This document shows positions 12,222 to 24,605 of a stretch of 64,000 nt of DNA, one piece after another (position 1 is the stretch's first letter; every line of letters begins with the position of its first letter). A program made the position numbers and the translations under genes. Under the pieces are notes generated by a model. It saw only the letters and a program-made list of their open reading frames with translations, was not told where the DNA came from and ran no database searches. Origin of the DNA: Rhodosorus marinus CCMP1338 (Eukaryota; Plantae; Rhodophyta). The stretch spans positions 868,001-932,000 of the forward strand of contig JAMWBK010000007.1 of the NCBI GenBank assembly GCA_029953675.1, read 5' to 3'.

Positions 12222-13435
12222 TTCCTCTCATCTCCCAATTCCTCACTTCATAGCTCACAAAACTAATAACCGAAAAAAAAACACCCAAAACCTAAAATAC
12301 CACCACAAAAAAACAAACAGCCACTAAAATCCTAAAGTGACACAATCCTTGCCTTACTTCCTATGTCCCAAGTTCCATCTACAACCCTCCCAACCTCTCT
12401 CCCCCCACCCAAACCTCACTCACAAACCCAATCCCAATACCTTTATAGCGATTGCCTATCCACAAACGTCTGCTCTCGAAAGGGACTCGATCTGAATACT
12501 CAGCAAAATGCCCACATCCAAAGCCGGTGCTCTAGCGTTCTATTTTGCAGATGATGAAGTTGGAAACCCTTCGTATCGCTTAAGGGGACCACACTACTGG
12601 TGGCTCTTGGCTCTTGCCAAGCCCCCAGACAGTCGCCTCTCTCTCCCGATCGCTGCTTTCCTGCATCCTTTTCGATGGAAACCGTTTTTCCCTTCCCCTT
12701 ATAATTATTTTTTCTTTTATGCTTGTTTGCCGGCTGGACACTATTGACGGATCTATCGGGAGTTCCTGTCTTGGATATGCGGTGCACTCTCATTGCAATC
12801 TGATGTGTGGCTTCTTGGGTATATCTTGTTCACCATCAACGCCCTTCCCCAACCGCACCACCACCTACGGGGGGCTAAAGAGTTTTTAACCCCAAACGCT
12901 CCCAATCCCCTCCGACCTCTGAGAGCTCCGAACATCCTTTTTTTGCATTGAGTTATGGCTTTTTTAAGACTTTGTTTCTAAATATAGGAGCGCAAAAACT
13001 CCTACTCGACAAAACTCTACCCCTTACCACACCTTTTCCTACACGCAAATGTTCTTTTTAAATTTACTAAAAACTTTAATATTCAAAAAACATACTCCTA
13101 CAGCAGGCCTTTTGAAAATGGGAAAATTCGGATCTGATTATGACCTCTTCAATTGTTAAATAGAACATAATGACAGCTGTCCAATATTCTGAACCTACCA
13201 CTTACCGGGGAGGTACCCAAACTTGATTTTCAGCTAAAATGTGGAATATTATTAATAAACATAAGAACTTATAATTTCCGCCACGGGGGTAACGAGAATC
13301 ACGAAAATACTGCTGCTCGAATTCTTTTATAGGTTCTATTTTTTGGATTCTTTTTTTTGTTTATTTTTGTGTTTATAGGACAGCTGTCCGTTACGAACTC
13401 CCAATAAGAGTTTGGAAGTTTTGGGTTTGCAGTCT

Positions 13436-14447
13436 TTACAAGAGCTCTACCTTTGAGATCTTTGGGACCTTGACTCTGGTCTCGATGACTTCGTCAATGA
13501 TACCGTATTCCTTTGCTTCTACTGGAGTGAGGAAATAGTCCCTGTCGGTATCCTTGACGATCTTGTCCACGCTTTGGCCGGTGTATTCGGCCATGTAGCT
13601 GTTGAGCATGTTCTTAACGAAGAGGATTTCTCGGGCCTGGATCGCGATGTCTGCGGCCTGTCCCTGGGCCCCGCCCATCGGCTGATGGATCATGATCCTG
13701 GAGTTCGGGAGGGCCTTGCGCTTGCCCTTTGTTCCGGCTCCAAGCAAGAAGGCACCTGCAGGTTGTGGGCGCGTGGGATGAGATTAGGTTTAATGCCGTT
13801 TCCAAGAACCTCGAATCGTTGGATTTCGTTTCGCTTACCCATTGATGCTGCTACACCGTAGCAAATAGTCTGAACATCGCATGGGATGAATTGCATTGCG
13901 TCAAATATCGCCATTCCAGCAGAGACGGATCCTCCCGGGGAGTTGATGTACATCGTGATATCCTTGTCGGGCTCCTCGGAAGAAAGATACAACATCTGGG
14001 CTACGAGCGAGTTTGCAACCTATTAATTGTAAATAGACATTCACATGATTCAAAAATCACATCAAACGTCAAGACGCGAAAAACAAGAAACAAAAAGCGG
14101 AAAGCCTTTCACGCGCGCCGGTGCGAACGCGGCAAACACGACTCCGATCTTCGCCAAAAATAAAGATCCGATTGCCCCACCTCATCATCGACCATCCTGC
14201 CAAGAACAAGAATCCTATCCTTTGCCAGCCTCGAGTAAATATCCATCTGGCCCTCTCCAACTGCCACCATAGGGGTCGGAAACGGCATGCTCGGCCCCGG
14301 TTCCTCCCTACCCGGAGGCGGCGTTGGCGGCTTCTCCGGCTCCAACGGCTCCGGCATCATCTTTGCCGCACTCATTCTACTATTCACCCTCCTCGCAACC
14401 CCATTACGTCCTAAACCCCCCCCAAAACTTCCCACAAATCCAACCAT
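13436..14447 (-). CDS. clpP: ATP-dependent Clp protease proteolytic subunit, nucleus-encoded, probably plastid; exons 14447-14181, 14019-13839, 13755-13436
   Basis: [30 protein letters not shown] (catalytic Ser), MIHQP (His) and DRDYFLT (Asp). The start at 14447 ([11 protein letters not shown]) is inferred. Confidence 0.95.
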
Positions 14448-14774
14448 CCTTGCAAAAACCCACCCTACCCCAACCCCTCCGCAGGTCCTCTTTCGTACTT
14501 CCCTCAAAAAAAAACAAAATAATCACACACACCTCTAACGAAAAATACCCTCTCAATCAATCCTCTCCCTTCCAACCTCCTTCCTCTCACCCTTTCCTCC
14601 TCTCTCACACCCTTCCGATATCTCTCCTCATCAAAGAAAAACGCCAATTCCCCTTATACCTCCCTCCCCATCAAATCTAAACCCCGAAGAAAATTTCCGC
14701 CTTCGTCTCCGTCCACAAAACACCAATCTGAATGGTTTTCTCCCAATCTCATCACTTTAACTACTTTACTACAT

Positions 14775-15190
14775 TTTATCCAATAATACAACTCTAAACA
14801 GAAAAACGGTGTTGTGTCAAATTTTTATTCGACTATATCTGATAAAGTAGTAAAGCTTCTGAAAAACATTAAATCGTCACTTTGCTTCTTCTAATCCAAT
14901 AATCTAGCCCGTATCTGAATAAAGGGTGTTGTGTCATATTTTCATTCGACTATATGTGCTATAGTAGTATTTTTTGAAAATATTAATTCGCCACTTTGCT
15001 ACTTGACTAGAATTTATCCAATAATGTAGCCCTAATCTTAATAAGGGCGGTTTATCGTATTATTATTCGACTATAAATAGTGAAATAGTGTAATACGTAA
15101 ATTGTTTAGTTCATTGCTGTTCCATTTATCCAATAGTGTATCTTAGATTTTGAATAAGGTCGTTTTATCGAATGTTATTGGATTGTATTA
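14775..15190. repeat. Degenerate AT-rich tandem array, about 4 units of 112-122 bp, each with a CCAAT
   Basis: ATCCAATA(A/G) recurs at about 14780, 14896, 15018 and 15130. ATTCGACTATA follows it in the first three units. Confidence 0.75.
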
Positions 15191-16021
15191 ATTGTACTGG
15201 AGAAAAATCTCGAGGAGAACATGAACGGGGTGAGGAGGGGATTTGAGAAGAACGACCTTTGAGCTTTCTTTGAGGCTTCCTGATCTCATAGACGCAACTT
15301 GTTGGATCCTTTGGATGCTTTGGAGTCCTCAGACATGACGATGTATCCGGTCGATGTGGCCCCCGTGCTGGGCTTCACCACCTGCGCTCGCTGGCGACCT
15401 TAAACAGTGCCAGCGCCATTTGGTAAGGTTCGATGAGATCTTCCAGAGCAGTCGTAACCGTAACCTTTACTCGGCAGCTGCATACTGCAGCGAAACACGC
15501 AGCTACAAAGCTCGTCCTGAATACATGTGAGAGCTGCTGATGTGTGGTTGTGCATGGGCTAGGTAATCCCCCTCTCCGCCCCCCGTCCCCCCCCCCAAAG
15601 ACGACCCGGCTCTTCGAAACAGATTGGTGTTTTGTTTGGTCTGCCTATGAGATTGTGGGAGTGCTCTATGTCGTTCGCGTTGTGTAAGGAGAGACATACA
15701 ACCGCAGAGCTGATTTTTGTCCGCGTTCGGCAGTGCGAACCCAAGGCTAGACGAAAGGCGACATCAACCGGCTGAATGCTGAGCAAACAGCAACAGGGTT
15801 TCGATATCCAATACCCAATTGCTTTTGTTCTAAGATTGTGAGCTCTCCAGACGCGTGTCGGTGCTTTGAATTTGGAAGTTTCATATTTATCTTTTGAGCG
15901 AGCTGAAACTAAGCTCACTTTCCGAAATTTGTTTTTTCCGCGGTTCTATATATTATCATTTTCTTTCGCTCTGCACTCGTTCACGTGTTACTTTTTCGAC
16001 GATCACATAGATGCGACGGAC

Positions 16022-16691
16022 TTACTCCTCGTCGTCATCGTCAGCATCACCAGCATCAGCTCTTCTCTGCTTCTTCCTCTTCACACGTCCTGGTTTTCCT
16101 CCACCAAGCGCAGATCCGAGCGCATGATCAATATGCTTCTCCGAGTCGACTGAAACCATGAAAGATGGAACATTCACGACCTGCTTTCCGACTCTGTCAA
16201 GGATCAACCCAAACAAGGAGATGTTTTCAGAGATTTTGTGGTTGCTGAAGGCACGACCGGGAAAGCAAGATTGGTTGGGATTCTTACCGAATATGCCTCT
16301 GCCAGATCAGGACACGAGCATGGTGGATAGTTTTGGCGAGGTTCATCTGAAACACTCTCGTCTGCAACCGACGATCCAAAAAGTCCTCGGTCTTCAACGA
16401 AAGCACATAATCGAGCGCCTTCTTATTCTCATCCAGCAACCCCAACCTCGTCAGCCTCTTCAACATAGCTGTACCCTCAAACACCCGCTTGGTATCCTTC
16501 TCATCCAAAGTCAGCAGCTCCCTCGCCGTCGTCCGAATCTTAGACAAAACCAGTCCAACACGCCACACCTCACGCTTGTTCTTCAGCCCATACTTTCCAA
16601 CAAGCTTCAGCTCCGAGTCAATTCGATCCTTCTCGAACGGACGACGCGGCACCCTAGACGTCTTTGAACAATTCCTATAATTCCTACCCAT
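16022..16691 (-). CDS. RPS9: 40S ribosomal protein S9 (uS4); exons 16691-16288, 16193-16022
   Basis: [45 protein letters not shown]...[26 protein letters not shown]...PGRVKRK; phase-2 GTAAGA...GACAG intron. Confidence 0.98.
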
Positions 16692-16982
16692 ATTGTTTTC
16701 TCCAAACCTCCCCACAAACCCAAACCACAGTCTCTCCAACCTTCCCCGCCCCAACCTCCTCTGCCCAATCCTTCTCCCCTCCCTCAAAATTTACACCAAA
16801 AACCCAACTTCTACACAAAAATCATTCAAAACACTACCAAAAACCCCACATCTATAAACTCGCCTCAAAAAAGAATCCAATACGGCGTCCTTCACGTCAA
16901 CTAAACTGAAGCTTGGCGTTGTATTTCACAAAATCGTCGCCGACGACGATTTTTTTCTTTCTTATTTTATTTAAAAAACAAC

Positions 16983-17032
16983 CGGTTTTCTGACAGGCTG
17001 TCCCCTATAGGGGACAGCCTGTCAGAAAACCG
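16983..17032. repeat. Perfect 50-bp palindrome with no spacer
   Basis: cggttttctgacaggctgtccccta|taggggacagcctgtcagaaaaccg is its own reverse complement. Confidence 0.98.
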
Positions 17033-18272
17033 TTTTGCCTTTTTTGAGATGTTTTAGTCGGTGAGTTCTGGGAGGGTTGTTAGGTTTTCAGATATGTATA
17101 GCTACTTTGCGTGCGATAGAGATTCAGGGAGGGCGTTGGGTTCGAATTAAATGTCGACCTGCTGTTTCCGCCTGATCGGTCGCGTGGTGTACAAGAGCAG
17201 AACGGTCTACGTCCTGTTCACTGCAGGGGAGGGGGAGGGGGACTGGGGCTAGGACCGACCTGTTAGGGGTGGCGGGGAAAATGATGCTGGGCTCCTACAC
17301 GAGATGTGCTGAACTGCACGAGATCCTTGGGGTGAGACGCCGCTGTGTACGTACGGATCGTACCCACCCACCTGCAACCCCTGGAATGAGGTCAGCTCTC
17401 GTCCTCAAATCCAGCACCGCCAGTCCGCGCCCATGCTGCTCGAAATACACAATCATGATCGGCAGCCCTCCTGAGGACGCCGACGGCTTGGCACGTGATA
17501 GACAAGTCTTCGGATTCCTTCACAGCGCCGGAGGGTTCTTGGTTTCGTGGGAGCCACCGCCCTGGTGCTCTCTCTCGAATGTACGCTTCTTTGAGTCTTG
17601 ACCTGGCCCCGGGCACCAGCTGCTGTCTCACCCCTGGATGGCGTGCTCTTTGCGCCCTTGCGAGGGCACATCATTCTGGGGAGACCTTAAGCGTTCGATT
17701 TTGACACCGATTTGTCTGTCTGCTGGGACAACTTGTCAGCCAGGCCTTGAGCTGAGTTACCCAAACCCCAAAAGCACAACAAGGTGGGCGCACCCGAGAA
17801 AGGATAAGACGTTCAGTGCACCACCAAACAAACGTTCACCCACGGAATCAATCAAAAATAAAAATGATTGACTTTAGAAAGGAAGGAAATCCGTCGATTT
17901 TCAAATATTTAAATAGCAAAAAAGAAAATTTTGTTGTACGAGGGGTAAAGAAAATTATGTACTCTTAATATTTGTATTTTTCATTATTTAAAAGGAACAA
18001 GATCAAAGCTGTAGGGGTAGGGGGTTTTCTACGAAAGAACGACCTTACGACAGTCTGTCCTAGCAGCGAAGCGAGTTCTGCGGTTTGGTTTGGTGTTCGG
18101 ATGCAGTCTTTCCAGAAGAGGAACGAAGTGGACGGGTTTTAAACTATTTCAAGTTCGATCCTGCGCCCAGTTCTATTTGATATCATCCAACTACCCAAAA
18201 CGTTTCACCTGCATCGCGCTTGACGGTGGGACTCTTTCAGGCCCGCGAGTTTTTTTTGGGGGGGGGGGTGGT

Positions 18273-18562
18273 GGGATCTTAGCTCCGCGTGTCTTTTGGC
18301 TGCGCGTGTTAATCTGACAGCGAGCTAGTACATTGTCTCTACACAAACACACATGTACAAAACCCTTCTCTTCCATCCACCCAAAAATCATCAAACAACT
18401 CCGCGACAACGAGGGTTGGTGGGGTTGGGGATCTTAGCACTGGCGTGTCTGTTGGCAGCGCCTGATAATCTGACAGCGAGCTAGTACGCTGTCTCTACAC
18501 AAACACACATGCACAAAAACCATCTCTTCCATCCACCCAAAAATCATCAAACAACTCTGCGA
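18273..18562. repeat. Tandem duplication, period 155-157 bp, upstream of VDAC
   Basis: gggatcttag...aatctgacagcgagctagtac...gtctctacacaaacacacatg...tcttccatccacccaaaaatcatcaaacaactc is present at 18273-18405 and 18428-18562. Confidence 0.95.
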
Positions 18563-18902
18563 TGACGATGGAGAGAGCGCGGAAGAGGACGATGACAACC
18601 CCACTCCAATGTCACGTATCGATTTTGACACTATCCGTTGGGGCTGGCAAGAATAGATGTTTTTCAAATATTTTTCCTCCGTTTTTTAAGTCGATTGAAA
18701 TTTGCATTGGTTTCGATGGGAAGGAAAATGACGTTTTGGAAAAGTATTGGGAGAGGTGATTTCAGAGGGGAAGAGCGGTGGGGAGGAAGATGATGAGTTA
18801 GAGAGTAGAAAGGAACGGGAAAGGTGCACGGATCGTTTAGAATTAGACTTTGGAAGGAAGACTGTTTGAAGTTTTTGTTTCAGTAGCTGAAGAGAGAGAG
18901 AG

Positions 18903-20028
18903 ATGGTGAAGTCCTATGCTGATTTTGGAAAGTCCGCGAAGAGTGAGTAGTCCTTTTTTGGGGGGGGGGGGAAGGGGATGGTTCTTCTTGTTTGCCTTTT
19001 TGGGGTGCCGGCCACGCAGGTTGGGAATTTTGGTGCTGAATTTTGGTTTTGTGTTTGTGTTTTGATAGATCTACTCAAGGATGACTACGTGGTTGGGAAA
19101 AAGGCCGAGGTGAAGACGGCGACGGCCGACGGGGTGAACTTCACGGCGACTGGGATAGAGAGCGATAAGGATGGTGCGCTGTCTGGTTCGTTGAGCTGGA
19201 AGTACAAGGTGTATGGAAACGCTTTTACGACAAAGGTTACTACCGCGAACGTGATCAGCAACGAAGCGGTTTTCGAAGACATCGGCGTTAAAGGCCTGAA
19301 GACTACCGTGAACGGATCCCTGGGTACTGCAAGCCAGTCGGCGTCCGCGAAAGTCGACTACAAACATGACGCTGTAAGATCACTCTATCAAGGAAGGACA
19401 CTCGCGTGAATTAGGATTCGAGTCCACTGAGCAATTTGAATCGTTTTTGAACACTGCTTCAGGTTGCAGCAACTATCCTTGCGGACGTCAAGGACCAGAC
19501 TCTGACTCCGAGCGTAGCCGTCGGCTACAAGATGTTCAGTCTGGGAGGTACGGCCACTCTTGAGAACTCCTCGAAATCTGTCAGCCAGTACAGCCTCGGA
19601 GCTTGTCTAGCTCAGGACGATAGCGAGGTGGCGATTTCGACCACAGACAAGTTCAACTTGTTCAAGGTAACCAACGCAACTAAAATCGAAGATACAGCAC
19701 TTGAAAAGGAAGATCAGTTAGCTAACTGGCTGCTTTTCACTGGCAAAACCAGCTCTCTTTTGGACACACCATCTCCCCCAAGTACGAGGTCGCCGCTGAG
19801 GCTTCCTACAACCGTGAAAAGTCGTCTGTATCAATGGCCACCGGCCTCAAGTACGTCACTGATAGTGCTACAATCAAAGCTAAGACGGACAACCTCGGAA
19901 CACTGTCTCTAGCCTACATCGCGAAGATCGACAGCTCCACAAAGCTTACCATGTCAACGTCCGCAAACGTTAAGGAGCTTGAAAAGGGGCAGAAGTTTGG
20001 TATTGCCGTTACCCTTGATCAGCCATGA
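18903..20028 (+). CDS. VDAC: Mitochondrial outer-membrane porin (VDAC); exons 18903-18942, 19069-19373, 19463-19666, 19753-20028
   Basis: MVKSYADFGKSAKNLLKDDY N-terminal helix, alternating beta-strand pattern and C-terminal KFGIAVTL. All junctions are phase-compatible. Confidence 0.9.
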
Positions 20029-20994
20029 AATAGAAAAAAAACAACGTTAAAAAAAACGAAAACAGATTAAATAGGGGAAACACGTCCTCGTCCCCTGGAG
20101 ACCGCCTTCTTCTCCTCTTCCCTAGAAGGCGTTTGCTTGTGGGTTAACATTTTTTGTTGTGGGTTAACATGCCGTAGGGCGCAGCTTCGTTTTCCCTCGT
20201 CTGTGGAAGAAGGGCCGATTTGCATAGCCTGAAGCAGCAGATAGTATATCCTACGGTGGTCGGCATTCTGGCTAGATGTACGGAACCACCCGCTTATAGA
20301 AAAGCCACATCCATCTTCGACTCGTCAACCCATCCGGAGGGTGCCCTACAAGAGCGTTCCTGGATTGGGATTGTAGCCTACATGAGAAGGACGGACGAGC
20401 GCATCATGGAAGCCCTCTGCGGTAAGAGAAGCGAAACGGTGGGGGGGTTTCACCCGAACAGCAGGATTGCTTGCGCGGCTTTCCTCATCGACTAGCTGCT
20501 CAATCGGGTGACGCACTTGAAACCTGAAATACTGGTCACAGGTTCGGCGTCGATTGTTTTGAACTTTCCGCCACTTCGTGGTTATTGATGAGGGGCTCCT
20601 GGTCTTCTTCAATCGTTTCGGTTGAACGAGCGTCGGGCATACGTACAAGGTTGTCTCCGCAAGATCATTCCGGTAATGACTACTCGATCACTCTTCCTGC
20701 AACCTGTGCTCAATCCATACGGTGTGCTCGCGAAGGCACTTGAGGCCAGTTTGTTAAGAGCGAACGCACAATCCAGAGCGGGCGGGGATACGTTAATCTG
20801 GGGTTCAGAAACTTCGAGTGGAATCCGTCTGTATGTATTTGCTTTTCTATGTTTACGACCGGGGTCAGTTCTCTACTATAGCATGACGCCCTACTTCTGC
20901 ACTAAACGGACACTAGAAAAAAAAAAACAGGTTGGTGGGAGACGGGGCGGGGCGCCCGTCGGCGGGGTTGGATAAGAATAATTCTACATACAAC

Positions 20995-22724
20995 TTATAA
21001 TTTCTTCGTGTCAATCACGGCGATTGGTGCATCTGGCTTCGCGATTTGGTTTCCACGGATTATGCTCCCCACGGTCTTGAAGAGCAGCTTGATATCGTCG
21101 ACGGGGCTTCCCCTCGTAACGGTTTTGTACAGGTAGGAATCGAAGGTAACCTTCTGCACGTACTCGTCTTCGCACAGCTCCACGAAGGCCTCACGAGCGC
21201 CGTTATTTCTGTAGAAGACAGCCTGGAGGATATCCAGAACCTTGTACGTGGCCCAATACTTGTTATCCCAGTCCCGAATGTAAGTATTCTTGATCTGATC
21301 TTCGGTGGGCAGGACCTGGCCATTTTTTTTACCACAGGACCCATCTTCAGTAATCAAGCACAACATCGGTTTCATTAAAGGCGCGTGCGTTCATACCTCT
21401 CCATTCTTCGACAGCTTCACAATCGCCTCGGCGGCCATTCGACCGCTCTTCGCTGCAAAGTAGATACCCTCACCGGAGCACTTGGTCACATACCCGGCAG
21501 CGTCGCCAACCAGGGCAACTCGGCCCTGGACTCTTCGGGGCCTCGGGTGCTCCGGGATTGGGTGAGCCTCAACCTGCAAATTTCCGGAGAGAGGTCACTC
21601 GTCAGCAAGTCGTACAAGGACGGGACACTCCAGCTCTGAGGTGACGCACCTTGATAAGCTTTCCTCCTTCGAGGCGGTCCGCTGCTCGCTCACGGATTGC
21701 AGTTTGATACTGCTTAATCGCATTCTTGTTGATCACTGTGCCGGTGCCAACTCCAACATGGTCATATTTGGGGAACACCCAACCGTAGAAATCAGGGGAG
21801 ATATCGTCTCCGACGTACATTTCGGCGAGCTCTTCATAGTACTCCATCTTATCCTCGGGGAGCTTGATTCTCTCCTGGAACGCAATAGCGTACGCGTACT
21901 CCCCGGCGTCAATAGCCTTCGCGACACGGGAGTTTGCTCCGTCCGCACCAATGACCATGTCCACCTCAATTTCGCTCTAGTCGTGAAGAAAGAATCAGGC
22001 GCATCGGGCATTAGTCCTAGGACTAGTTGTGGATTTTTCCCTCCGCACACCTGGCGAGACGGTCAAACTTACAGAGGTTCCCTTTCCGGCCTTCTTGTTG
22101 CCGTAGTCAGAGTAGATAATCTTGTACTTGCCCTCACCACCCTCGGGAACCTGCACCTCACTGACGAGCCCATTAATCGGCTTAGCGCCAAGTTCGATTG
22201 CGCGATCACGGAGAAAGCCATCAAGAACTTCTCTCCTTGTCATTCCGATGTACTCATCCGGCTTCAGGGTGCGACCAATATCAGCCGTCCTGTTGCTCGG
22301 GGAGATCATCTTCATCTTTCTGACACGTCTGTCGATGATCTCCGGGGGTAGATCGAACTCTTCCACCATGCACAGCGGAATAGCACCACCACAAGGCTTC
22401 GCATTGTCCATCTTCCTCTCGATGATGTAAGTTTCGATGCCGCCCTTGGCCAGCGCCTCCGCAGCGCAAGATCCCGCCGGACCTCCTCCCACGACCGCTA
22501 CAGATATCTTGGCCTCAACACTTGCGACGCCAACCTATTCAGAACAACAAACACAACGAACCAAAATTCCGTCAGGACCCAAAAAAAACACACCACCCCC
22601 GCCCAGAAACATTGTAATAACAAGCTGTCCTCCCCCCCCAACTCACCCTCCTCCTCGACGAGGTCCGCGTCTGAACCCGAACATCGCGCCGTCCAACAAA
22701 GCTACTCCCAAACACAAACGCCAT
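20995..22724 (-). CDS. chlP: Geranylgeranyl reductase; exons 22724-22647, 22534-22073, 21976-21650, 21573-21397, 21315-20995
   Basis: MAFV transit peptide; VAVVGGGPAGS, AKPCGGAIPLCMV, IGADGANSRVA, FYGWVFPKYDH, VALVGDAAGYVTKCSGEGIYFAAKSGR and TFDSYLYK. Confidence 0.97.
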
Positions 22725-24605
22725 GTCTACTCAGTTATATCTCGCTAGATGGAGTTACCTTTTACGATATAAAAAAAACAAATACACAGGGAGCTTCCAA
22801 AGCCTTGTCGTTACTCCTCAAGAAGGCTAGTCTCTCTCCTCCCTCCCGATTTTACCCTTCCTCCTCCCCCTCCCTCTCCCCCCAAACCCCGTAAACCCGT
22901 CCAAATCTCCTCCCTTTATAAAAAATTCCACCGATCCATCCCTTCCAAAATATAACTTCAAAACAACAAAACATCCCGGCTGGTGAGGAAACGGCACTCC
23001 CCATGCAAAAAAACCCATCCAAACTCCCCCGCTCCTCTCTGACAAGGAAAAATCTCAAAAAAACCCTCTAAAAATCTCGCAAATGGAGGCAATTAGCAAA
23101 GTAACATCGGGCTTCCATTCTATGGCCCGCTGATTAAAATTTCTTCAACTTTTCAATTCTCTCCCCATCTGGCTCTTATGGGCCCAACCGTCAAAAAAAA
23201 AAGAAAAAAGAAAAGGTCACATGTCAACGCGGACCGAAAAAGAAAGGGAATATCTCTTTTTGAATATTTTCTTCTCCTCATCCTAAACAAAAAAATCTAA
23301 CGTCGGGATACATAAAAACGAAATAAAAATTCTATTGTTCAATCTTTATATTGATCTGGATTGAATATCCTTCCCCCCATCGGCTCGGCTTTTTTTGTCC
23401 GGAATCGTCACATATCGTGATGGGTGACTCGATCTGGAAAATGGATTAAAGAAGCCACCTTACCTTACCCCCCTACCTTGTAAAAACAAATTTTGTTGGA
23501 AGTCAATCTTTATGGTATCGTTGATTGAATATCCGATTGTTTTCGTTTTTGGTGAAATTTTTGTGTGTTTGTCAGACATCCGGATGGGGTACGCGATACG
23601 GAAAAATCGACAGAATGGTACATTGCAAAAAAAAGAAGAAAAAGGTCATAAACTCACCTACCCCCCCACCTCCCCCCCCTCCCGGCTTTCTTCCCCCAAA
23701 CGCCAACAATGTGAAAACTTCTCCTTTTCTGTTTTTCGTTGCTAATAGGTGAAACAAGGAAATTTCTGCGAGGTATGATCTCCCGTGCTCACGCCGGGAG
23801 CTGCAGTTGACGTAAAACAATGACATAGCCGTAAATGGATTTGTATCATAATATTGTGTGTGTTTTTCCTCTTAAATTAAAGTCTTGTAACGTATTTATG
23901 AATACATACATTGTATAGAATTTATTTTTGGAGCATATACACCGTGTAGAGAATGGAGAGATTTTAAATGTTAGTACGATGAAAGTACGATAAACGGTAC
24001 TAGTACTGCTATTCGTTCGAGGAGGGATGGCTTTTTGGAGGGGGAGCTCTATCTATCCGTTGTTGTGTTCGTTGGAGGCACGTCTTATTACCTTGAGGGT
24101 CTGTAGAGGGCTTTCATTTGCGACAGGCTATGTGTTTTGATTCTGTCCAGTCAGTCCGTGATTACTGGATCCTCGGTGGCCCGCTGTCCATCACCCACAC
24201 ACATCGAACCGAACATGAACTTTTCACTGACAGCGCGAATAGATGGGAAGGAGCTAGTTCCAGTCAAGTGGACCCTTTCCAAGCCCTCCCCGGAATCAAA
24301 CAAAGCCAAGGTCTTCAAAAACAGTGCTGTTCGTCCAGAGAAGGCTAAACCGCGAGACGAACTGCATGAAGCATAAGGCCAAACTCAGTTCAAGTTCTGG
24401 CGGAAAGTCTCTGCGGTACAGTATGAACAAACTTCGAAAGCATAATTTTGACTGATTCTGTTCGATTGGCACGCGCTTACTTGCTTCGTAAGAAGACGGA
24501 GCACGATCACATCGTCAATCCTGTACACGAGAACGTACGTACATTGTCCTTTACTATTCAGTGTTTCTGTTTCTGGGTTTGTCCTGGTTAGAGATTGGAT
24601 CAGCG

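Noticed and set aside
17100-17160. tRNA-like GGTTCGAAT T-loop word
   Set aside because: No acceptor stem, D-arm or anticodon arm could be folded.
21641-22351. 236-aa plus-strand ORF (likewise 25443-26000, 58589-59191, 11767-12327, 42292-42762)
   Set aside because: Antisense shadows of real genes (chlP, methyltransferase, PP4R4-like, carrier, ZF-D).
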